IMG/VR virus record: IMGVR_UViG_2541047761_000008
Location: 1 to 7,626 of that record
Source of the DNA: a virus
Taxonomy: Duplodnaviria > Heunggongvirae > Uroviricota > Caudoviricetes
DNA length: 7,626 nt
Reading direction: 5' to 3' (one strand)
The position numbers and the translations under genes are program-made. Within the stretch, counting starts at the first letter, position 1. Each line of letters starts with the position of its first letter. The notes beneath the pieces are model-generated. The model was not told the origin of the DNA, ran no database searches, and worked only from the letters and a program-made list of their open reading frames with translations. Below are positions 1 through 5,865 of this stretch, one piece after another.

Positions 1-513
1 CACATCGAAAAATGTTTCGACCTGCCTGTCGGATGGCTTGATCAAGAACACCAGACAACAAACATCACAAAAAAACCTGATGTTTCAATTACTAACAAAC
101 AAATAACGTTAGTCCCTGTCATATCATGGGTACAGGCCGGAGCATGGAAAGAAGTTGGCTATTCTGAGGTTGATTTGAGCACAGCAGAAACTTATCCCTG
201 CCCTGTACCCTGTGGCGAAATGACTTATATCTTGCGGGTGATTGGTGATTCAATGATTGATGAGTACCGCCCGGGAGACATGATTTTTGTAGATCCTGAA
301 GTCCCTGCCTGCCACGGTGACGACGTTATTGCATTGATGCACGATACAGGCGAAACCACCTTCAAGCGATTGATAGAAGATGGAACACAGCGTTATCTCA
401 AAGCATTAAACCCAAACTGGCCTGAGCCTTACATTAAGATCAACGGTAATTGCTCTATAATTGGTACAGTAATTTTCTCAGGAAAACCAAGAAGATACAA
501 AATAAAGGCCTAA
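1..513 (+). CDS. CI/LexA-family phage repressor, C-terminal S24 peptidase (autocleavage) domain; 5'-partial, N-terminal HTH lies upstream of the window
   Basis: The reading frame is open from nt 1 to the stop at 511-513, so the track ORF start at 175 (a TTG) is an artefact. Translation carries the linker motif VPVISWVQAGAW (Ala-Gly cleavage site at nt 136-141), catalytic Ser in ILRVIGDSM (nt 250-252), Lys in TFKRLIEDG (nt 364-366) and LNPNWP, closely resembling lambda CI. Confidence 0.85.
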   Translation, partial: HIEKCFDLPVGWLDQEHQTTNITKKPDVSITNKQITLVPVISWVQAGAWKEVGYSEVDLSTAETYPCPVPCGEMTYILRVIGDSMIDEYRPGDMIFVDPEVPACHGDDVIALMHDTGETTFKRLIEDGTQRYLKALNPNWPEPYIKINGNCSIIGTVIFSGKPRRYKIKA

Positions 514-524
514 TCAATATTTAT

Positions 525-547
525 AACCTGCTTCGGCAGGTTTTTTT
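525..547 (+). terminator. Rho-independent terminator downstream of the repressor gene
   Basis: Stem AACCTGC (525-531) / GCAGGTT (536-542) with a TTCG tetraloop, running into a T7 tract (541-547), 12 nt after the repressor stop codon. Confidence 0.6.
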
Positions 548-551
548 ATAC

Positions 552-580
552 TTGACAATGTACCCTTGAGATACATAATG
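552..580 (+). promoter_or_regulatory. Sigma70-type promoter (pL-like) driving the downstream early operon
   Basis: Perfect -35 TTGACA (552-557), 16-bp spacer, -10 CATAAT (574-579); the upstream T-tract could act as a UP-like element. Predicted start around 586-588. Confidence 0.5.
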
Positions 581-585
581 TATCT
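569..585. promoter_or_regulatory. 17-bp palindromic operator-like site overlapping the -10 element
   Basis: AGATACAT-A-ATGTATCT: perfect 8-1-8 inverted repeat (569-585) covering the -10 hexamer. A possible extra half-site ATGTAC lies at 558-563. Size and placement resemble lambdoid OL operators. Confidence 0.45.
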
Positions 586-1199
586 AAAAGAAACATGCCA
601 CAGGCAAGATTAAACAAAATTTGGTTGTAACACGGCGTATGGCACATGCGTCGTTAGCGGTCTGGGGACGTTAAAGGGGACAATCCACTCCTTGCTCGGG
701 CAAACAAACCAGATAGCCGGAATGTGCAAGTCAATGAGGATGCTGATAAGACGCCTAACCAGCGTGGCGATTCGGTTTGACGCCTGGGAAGAGACCAGGG
801 TGCAACGATGAGGGCATTTATGGAACCGCGACAAAGTGTGGTGCCGTAACTGGCTAAGTGCTCTCAGCGTTGTGGTGAATGCGCAGGCTGATGCGCGAAA
901 GACATTGCAGCTATTGCGGAAAAGAGCTGTTCGGCGGGGCAATTAAACGCCCGTGAGAGTCTGAAATAACCGCAAGCCGGAGATCAGCACCGGTCACCAC
1001 AACAGCCACTGCTTTGGCGGTACCAGTTTGTACACTTGCTTCCGGCTGGTACCGCTCTTTTTACAAAACAGAGAAGAGCATCACCGGACGACGGGCTCAT
1101 AACCCAATCCATCCGGGCGGCTGTCACCGCAGGTGTTCTTCTCTGTTTTGTGGAGAAACCAACCGACCTTGCAGGGTCGGTATGATGAGGAGCAGCAAA

Positions 1200-1562
1200 A
1201 TGGCTAGCGTACGCAGTACTGATGTGCAGGTATTTATCGTAGAACTGGACGGCGGCGTATTTGAAACCAAACTCGGCGCAGTTCTCAGTGAAGTCGCTTC
1301 CGGTGTGATGAACACGAAAAACAAAGGTAAAGTCTCGGTCAATCTGGACATCGAACCGTTTGATGAGAACCGTGTGAAAATCAAACACAAACTCTCATAT
1401 GTTCGCCCGACTAACCGCGGGAAAATTTCCGAAGAAGACACCACCGAAACGCCGATGTATGTCAATCGAGGTGGTCGCCTGACTATTCTGCAGGAAGACC
1501 AGGGACAATTACTGACTCTTGCCGGTGAACCTGACGGAAAACTCCGCGCAGCAGGTCATTAA
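1200..1562 (+). CDS. yfdP: YfdP-like prophage protein (120 aa), function unknown
   Basis: ATG at 1200 is preceded by a strong SD GAGGAG (1187-1192, 7-nt spacing). The track ORF from 1014 adds a Cys/Arg-rich, non-protein-like N-terminal extension, so it is rejected. Length 120 aa and position directly upstream of yfdQ match the KplE1/CPS-53 yfdP gene as recalled. Confidence 0.7.
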   Translation: MASVRSTDVQVFIVELDGGVFETKLGAVLSEVASGVMNTKNKGKVSVNLDIEPFDENRVKIKHKLSYVRPTNRGKISEEDTTETPMYVNRGGRLTILQEDQGQLLTLAGEPDGKLRAAGH

Positions 1563-1627
1563 TATCGTTCTTAATTAACTGATTATTTATCTCATCACTG
1601 AATATCTTAATATAGTGAGGACTTATT

Positions 1628-2452
1628 ATGTCTCAGAACTTAGACGCAACCGCAATTAATCAAATCCATGCCCTTATTTCTGCTCAGGGTGTTAATGAAA
1701 TTATCAGTAAGATTGGTGCCGACGCAGTGGCATTACCTGAAAATTTCCGCATTCATGATCTGGAAAAATTTAATTTAAATCGCTTCCGTTTCCGTGGTGC
1801 GCTTTCCACTGCCAACATCGATGACTTTACCCGTTATTCTAAAGATCTTGCAGATGAAGGCACCCGCTGCTTTATCGATGCCGATAATATGCGTGCCGTC
1901 AGTGTGCTTAACCTGGGTACTATTGGTGAACCAGGTCACGCAGATAACACCGCCACACTCAAACTGAAAAAGACAGCACCGTTCTCTGCTCTGTTGTCTG
2001 TTAACGGCGAGCGTAACTCCCAGAAGTCACTGGCAGAATGGATTGAAGACTGGGCCGACTATCTTGTGGGCTTTGATGCTAATGGTGACGCTATTAAGGC
2101 AACAAAAGCGGCTGCGGCGGTCCGTAAAATCACGATTGAAGCAAACCAGACCGCTGATTTTGAAGATAATGACTTCAGCGGCAAACGCTCCCTGATGGAG
2201 TCTGTCGAAGCGAAGACCAAAGATATTATGCCAGTGGCATTTGAATTTAAATGCGTTCCGTTTGAAGGCCTGAAAGAACGTCCGTTTAAATTACGCCTCA
2301 GCATTATCACTGGCGATCGTCCTGTACTGGTTCTGCGCATTATTCAGCTGGAAGCAGTGCAGGAAGAAATGGCTAACGAATTTCGTGATCTGCTTGTTGA
2401 GAAATTCAAGGACAGCAAAGTAGAAACCTTTATTGGTACTTTTACCGCCTGA
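1628..2452 (+). CDS. yfdQ: YfdQ-like protein (DUF2303 family), 274 aa
   Basis: ATG at 1628 with SD GAGG (1617-1620). N-terminus [20 protein letters not shown] and the 274-aa length match recalled E. coli YfdQ; gene order yfdP-yfdQ-yfdR-yfdS is conserved. Confidence 0.88.
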   Translation: MSQNLDATAINQIHALISAQGVNEIISKIGADAVALPENFRIHDLEKFNLNRFRFRGALSTANIDDFTRYSKDLADEGTRCFIDADNMRAVSVLNLGTIGEPGHADNTATLKLKKTAPFSALLSVNGERNSQKSLAEWIEDWADYLVGFDANGDAIKATKAAAAVRKITIEANQTADFEDNDFSGKRSLMESVEAKTKDIMPVAFEFKCVPFEGLKERPFKLRLSIITGDRPVLVLRIIQLEAVQEEMANEFRDLLVEKFKDSKVETFIGTFTA

Positions 2453-2464
2453 TTTCATTACTGC

Positions 2465-2486
2465 AAATGCCCCTGCGGGGGCATTT
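2465..2486 (+). terminator. Stem-loop between yfdQ and yfdR; weak candidate intrinsic terminator or attenuator
   Basis: AAATGCCCC (2465-2473) / TGCG loop / GGGGCATTT (2478-2486), a 9-bp stem. The U-rich stretch is short (AUUUAU), so termination would be partial at best. Confidence 0.3.
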
Positions 2487-2579
2487 ATGGAAACGTAATT
2501 GACTCAATAATCGCCGGATGGTGAGGGCTTTCTTTTACCAGAATTCAGCGCGGTGCAGCGCATATACGTGGAGAACAAA

Positions 2580-3116
2580 ATGTCATTTATTAAAACTTTT
2601 TCCGGGAAGCATTTTTATTATGACAGGATAAATAAAGACGACATCGTGATTAACGATATCGCGGTTTCCCTTTCAAATATCTGTCGCTTTGCAGGACATC
2701 TTTCACACTTCTACAGTGTCGCCCAGCATGCGGTGCTTTGCAGCCAGCTGGTGCCGCAGGAATTTGCTTTTGAAGCGTTAATGCATGATGCAACAGAAGC
2801 GTATTGCCAGGATATTCCCGCTCCACTGAAACGCCTTCTTCCTGACTATAAACGGATGGAAGAAAAAATAGACGCCGTAATCCGTGAGAAATACGGGTTA
2901 CCCCCGGTTATGAGCACGCCTGTGAAATATGCCGATCTCATCATGCTGGCAACCGAACGCCGCGATCTCGGGCTTGATGATGGCTCTTTCTGGCCAGTAC
3001 TGGAAGGTATCCCGGCAACAGAAATGTTCAAAGTTATTCCACTGGCTCCGAGCCATGCCTACGGGATGTTTATGGAACGTTTTAACGAGTTATCGGAGTT
3101 ACGCAAATGCGCATGA
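2580..3116 (+). CDS. yfdR: HD-domain 5'-deoxynucleotidase YfdR (178 aa)
   Basis: ATG at 2580 with SD GGAG (2570-2573) gives 178 aa starting MSFIKTFSGKHFYYD, matching recalled K-12 YfdR; the track start at 2553 is an upstream GTG. HD-domain motif H...HD is present (SVAQHAV ... ALMHDATEAY). Confidence 0.9.
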   Translation: MSFIKTFSGKHFYYDRINKDDIVINDIAVSLSNICRFAGHLSHFYSVAQHAVLCSQLVPQEFAFEALMHDATEAYCQDIPAPLKRLLPDYKRMEEKIDAVIREKYGLPPVMSTPVKYADLIMLATERRDLGLDDGSFWPVLEGIPATEMFKVIPLAPSHAYGMFMERFNELSELRKCA

Positions 3117-3469
3117 ATGTTTTCGAAATGGAAGGGTTTCTTCGCGGGAAATGTGTACCACGAGATCTGAAAGTGAATGAAACAAATGCTGAGTACCTAG
3201 TACGTAAATTCGATGCGCTTGAAGCTAAATGTGCGGCACTGGAAAACAAAATAATACCAGTGTCAGCTGAACTGCCGCCAGCAAATGAAAGTGTTCTGTT
3301 ATTTGATGCTAACGGAGAAGGCTGGCTAATTGGCTGGCGTTCTCTCTGGTACACCTGGGGACAAAAAGAAACCGGAGAATGGCTGTGGACATTTCAGGTC
3401 GGGGACCTTGAAAACGTCAATATCACTCACTGGGCAGTAATGCCGAAAGCACCGAAGAATAAAAAATGA
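3107..3469 (+). CDS. yfdS: YfdS-like protein with C-terminal DUF551-type domain (120 aa)
   Basis: Start overlaps the yfdR stop by 10 nt. The 120-aa length matches recalled YfdS. C-terminus GWLIGWRS...ITHWAVMPKAP is typical of DUF551. Confidence 0.85.
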   Translation: MRMNVFEMEGFLRGKCVPRDLKVNETNAEYLVRKFDALEAKCAALENKIIPVSAELPPANESVLLFDANGEGWLIGWRSLWYTWGQKETGEWLWTFQVGDLENVNITHWAVMPKAPKNKK

Positions 3470-3669
3470 GCGTGATAAAAACTCATACAGGAATTGTTAT
3501 CACCCGAGACGGTCCGCAGGTAAAAAAACTGCACCAGACAAAGCGGATGTGGGTCGTCGGAAAAAACGAGTTTTACCACAAAGAAACCGGACGCCGCCAC
3601 TTTGCAGAAAATACTCGCCGCCGACTGCTGATCGATACCATCAAGCCTATCGAGGTGAAGCATGTTTAA
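3466..3669 (+). CDS. Hypothetical small protein (67 aa), basic
   Basis: ATG at 3466 overlaps the yfdS stop (ATGA coupling). Same strand and coupled to flanking genes. No family recognised. Confidence 0.55.
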   Translation: MSVIKTHTGIVITRDGPQVKKLHQTKRMWVVGKNEFYHKETGRRHFAENTRRRLLIDTIKPIEVKHV

Positions 3670-3901
3670 ACAGAACGAAAAATCTATCGCTCAAATTGCT
3701 GAGTATATCCCGCGTGCGTGCCGGGGTATGCAGTTGCAGGAAGCCAAAGCACGCCTGGAGAAAAAAATTGCGCTCTATATCGATGACGGCTGTGATGCTG
3801 CCGTTCTTAACGCGGCGTTCGCGCCAGCTCTTAACAGTCATACGCGAAAGTCTTTTTTTTCGTGCATCGCAGCGCAGATCCGTAAAGGAGGCAACCAGTG
3901 A
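3662..3901 (+). CDS. Hypothetical small protein (79 aa)
   Basis: ATG at 3662 with SD GAGGTG 6 nt upstream, overlapping the end of the previous ORF by 8 nt. Contains a T8 homopolymer (3853-3860) in frame. No family recognised. Confidence 0.6.
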   Translation: MFKQNEKSIAQIAEYIPRACRGMQLQEAKARLEKKIALYIDDGCDAAVLNAAFAPALNSHTRKSFFSCIAAQIRKGGNQ

Positions 3902-4497
3902 GCAACATTAACTATCAGGTACTGCGTGAAAAGGCAGAGAAAGCAACTAAAGGAAGCTACATCGTAGGGCATACATCTGTTAACCAACACGGCAATTTAA
4001 CAGGAGTTTTTGTTTGTCAAAAATGGAAAGGAGAACCCGGTGGCGTAATTGCAGAATGTCACGTTAACTGCCTGGTTGAAACAGATGCTCAGGCTTATGC
4101 AAACGCTGAATTCATAGCAGAGGCTAACCCGGCTACCGTGCTGGCACTGCTGGATGAACAGGAAAGAAACCAGCAATACATCAAACGCCGCGACCAGGAG
4201 AACGAGGATATTGCGCTAACGGTAGGGAAGCTGCGCGTTGAGCTTGAGGAGACAAAATCAAAACTCAACGAGCAGCGCGAGTATTACGAGGGAGTTATCT
4301 CTGATGGGTGCAAGCGTATTGCTGAACTGGAAGCGCGGGAAGTTCAATTACCGACTCGCTACGACCTTCGATATGGACACCCCATAAATGCAGATGAGCG
4401 ACAAGTCATGATACCTAAAGAAAATGGCAGTTGGCTTTACCTGATTGACCTAGAACACGCATTACGCGTCGCTGACATTCGCATCAAAGGAGAGTGA
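3898..4497 (+). CDS. Ead/Ea22-like family protein (199 aa)
   Basis: GTG start at 3898 with a perfect SD AGGAGG (3886-3891), overlapping the previous stop (GTGA). Motifs MSNINYQVLREKAEKATKG and ANPATVLALLDE resemble recalled Ead/Ea22-like prophage proteins. The central segment is heptad/charge-rich (LRVELEETKSKLNEQREYYE), a likely coiled coil. Confidence 0.85.
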   Translation: MSNINYQVLREKAEKATKGSYIVGHTSVNQHGNLTGVFVCQKWKGEPGGVIAECHVNCLVETDAQAYANAEFIAEANPATVLALLDEQERNQQYIKRRDQENEDIALTVGKLRVELEETKSKLNEQREYYEGVISDGCKRIAELEAREVQLPTRYDLRYGHPINADERQVMIPKENGSWLYLIDLEHALRVADIRIKGE

Positions 4498-4498
4498 T

Positions 4499-4763
4499 AT
4501 GGCAACTTTGACAAAAAAAGAACAAGCATGGTTGAGCGAATTACAGGACGTTCTTGATCGCTGCCCATCACCGAAAAAAAATTGGTTTTTACACCATTGG
4601 CGATAAAAGCATTTACCTGTATGACCTGCGCCGCATGGATGAAATCATGGAGGCTCTTGATAATCGTTCGTCAATGGATTGGTGTGTTGCTGTTCATGAT
4701 ATGAATGCCGGATTTGATGAAAAGATTTTATTCCCCTCATCAGTTGAAAGTACAGCAGGATAA
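4499..4763 (+). CDS. Hypothetical small protein, apparently frameshifted in an A8 tract (two frames, 4499-4606 and 4554-4763; about 87 aa if A7)
   Basis: ATG at 4499 with SD AAGGAGAG and a 1-nt gap after the Ead stop opens a frame that stops at 4604-4606. The downstream frame to 4763 has no ATG before the tract, only a TTG at 4554. The two frames join across A8 (4574-4581) if one A is removed. Confidence 0.5.
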
Positions 4764-4773
4764 GGACTAACAC

Positions 4774-5535
4774 ATGACCACTATTACCAAAGAGCGACTG
4801 CTGACAATCAGGCAGTGGCGCGAAACATACGGACCTGGTAGCAACGTTGTACTGCCAGCAGAAGAAGCGGAAGAACTGGCACGAATTGCTCTGGCATCGC
4901 TGGAAGCAGAGCCGATAGGTTTCCGTTGCAGGCGCAATGATAACCTTGGTGATTGGAGTTACGTATATCATCGAGAGCCAGATGATTTTGAGCGCAAACA
5001 TTTAGTGATAGAGGGCATTTACGCCGCCCCTCCAGCACCGGTAGTGCCTGAAGAAGCAACTCCGGAAAACGTAGAAATGCTCTCTGGCTATGTTTCAACG
5101 TACAAATTAACCGATAGCGAGCGCGATATTGCTGCCGAAATATGGAACGCCTGCCGCGCCGCCATGCTTCAGTCCGGAAACTTTCGGGAAAACAAGAATT
5201 CGTCAACCAATAATTTTCGGGAAATCGCGGAAACGTCAACCAACTATCCGGCAATTCCTAGTGAGGTGTTGTCCGCAATCCTGAAGGTTGCCAGGATTCG
5301 TGCCGATTTCGATGATTTTGACGGTGACAGGCGAGGTATCGGTGATTGTCTGGATGAGGCTGAGCAAGAGCTTATCGTTACCATTAACAAATATGCCAGT
5401 CAGTTGGCAGCAGAACCTATAGCGCCTAATGACGTTCGAGAGCAGACAGCCATTCCACAAGTTCCGGTAACTCCGGATGGTTGGATAAGCTGTAGTGAGC
5501 GAATGCCGGACGACAGGCAGGAGGTGAATCAATGA
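4774..5535 (+). CDS. Hypothetical prophage protein (253 aa) ending in the start of a DUF551-like motif; internal 11-residue tandem repeat
   Basis: ATG at 4774 with an AAGGA-type SD. The C-terminal WISCSERMPDDRQEV parallels YfdS residues IPVSAELPPANESVLLF but stops where the DUF551 body should continue. Contains the tandem repeat NFRENKNSSTN / NFREIAETSTN. Confidence 0.8.
   Translation: MTTITKERLLTIRQWRETYGPGSNVVLPAEEAEELARIALASLEAEPIGFRCRRNDNLGDWSYVYHREPDDFERKHLVIEGIYAAPPAPVVPEEATPENVEMLSGYVSTYKLTDSERDIAAEIWNACRAAMLQSGNFRENKNSSTNNFREIAETSTNYPAIPSEVLSAILKVARIRADFDDFDGDRRGIGDCLDEAEQELIVTINKYASQLAAEPIAPNDVREQTAIPQVPVTPDGWISCSERMPDDRQEVNQ
5179..5243 (+). repeat. Imperfect 33-bp tandem direct repeat (2 copies), in frame within the 253-aa CDS
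   Basis: Copy 1 AACTTTCGGGAAAACAAGAATTCGTCAACCAA (5179-5210) and copy 2 TAATTTTCGGGAAATCGCGGAAACGTCAACCAA (5211-5243), about 75% identical. They encode the protein-level repeat NFRE...STN twice. Confidence 0.5.
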
Positions 5536-5615
5536 GCTGGCCTGATGCAATCGTAACTCTGGGGGTGGTCTTCGCAGCAGCGTTTGTTGTGTTCTCGATT
5601 TGTCGATGGGGATAA
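5532..5615 (+). CDS. Candidate 27-aa hydrophobic (single-TM-like) small peptide
   Basis: ATG at 5532 overlaps the previous stop (ATGA) and sits 8 nt after a perfect SD AGGAGG (5518-5523). Translation MSWPDAIVTLGVVFAAAFVVFSICRWG has an 18-residue hydrophobic core. Below the track length cutoff; not verified by homology. Confidence 0.4.
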   Translation: MSWPDAIVTLGVVFAAAFVVFSICRWG

Positions 5616-5619
5616 CCAC

Positions 5620-5862
5620 ATGTTCGCTTTGATTCAACGCGGTCAGATATACACGGACAGAGCTGGATACCCCGTGGTGATTACTCGCATCACTGAGCAC
5701 TCAGTGTTCTTTCGACGGATGGACGGACGATCCGGGCGGGTACGCATTGGTGAGTTAAACTGCCTGTTCGAACATATTGACCACCAGGAGTACCGCAAAA
5801 TTCTCGCGGACACTGAGCAGGAAAAGCACCTGAAAAAATTACGAGCCATAAAAAGGAAGTAA
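5620..5862 (+). CDS. DUF4222-like small prophage protein (80 aa from ATG 5620; the track uses a TTG at 5584)
   Basis: ATG at 5620 with a GGGGA SD-like motif (5607-5611). Sequence MFALIQRGQIYTDRAGYPVVITRITEHSVFFRRMDGRSGRVRIGELNCLFEHI resembles recalled DUF4222 proteins found near prophage xis/int. Confidence 0.7.
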   Translation: MFALIQRGQIYTDRAGYPVVITRITEHSVFFRRMDGRSGRVRIGELNCLFEHIDHQEYRKILADTEQEKHLKKLRAIKRK

Positions 5863-5865
5863 AGA

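Noticed and set aside
175-513. Track ORF start at 175 for the repressor gene
   Set aside because: Position 175 is a TTG and the frame is open back to nt 1 with clear repressor-linker sequence (VPVISWVQAGAW); the gene is 5'-truncated by the window, not a 112-aa protein.
569-585. LexA (SOS) box
   Set aside because: The palindrome lacks the CTGT-N8-ACAG signature, so it is more likely a phage-repressor operator than a LexA site.
1053-1100. Classical lambda-type nut site (boxA followed by a boxB hairpin)
   Set aside because: A boxA-like CGCTCTTTTTACAA is present, but no GCCCTGAAAAAGGGC-type boxB hairpin follows it and no N-like gene is in the window, so a canonical nut site is not supported; kept only as part of the leader-RNA hypothesis.
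610-1465. Minus-strand ORFs 610-942 (110 aa), 984-1388 (134 aa) and 1124-1465 (113 aa)
   Set aside because: Arg/Ser/Thr-rich low-complexity translations, no SD, and two of them are antisense to the well-supported yfdP gene; treated as chance ORFs in GC-rich sequence.
1014-1562. 182-aa version of the yfdP ORF starting at 1014
   Set aside because: The N-terminal 62 residues are Cys/Arg/Gly-rich and un-protein-like, with no SD; the ATG at 1200 has a strong GAGGAG SD and yields the expected 120-aa product.
2929-3180. Plus-strand 83-aa ORF in an alternative frame across the yfdR/yfdS junction
   Set aside because: Out of frame with two recognisable genes; Cys/Trp/Arg-rich translation and no RBS.
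2059-3663. Minus-strand ORFs 2059-2340, 2846-3031, 3082-3354 and 3427-3663
   Set aside because: Fully antisense to yfdQ, yfdR and yfdS, which have recognisable motifs and RBSs; the translations are low-complexity.
3549-3911. Plus-strand 120-aa ORF overlapping the 67-aa and 79-aa genes in another frame
   Set aside because: Extremely Arg/Lys-rich translation typical of an off-frame reading; the in-frame genes show translational coupling and SD motifs.
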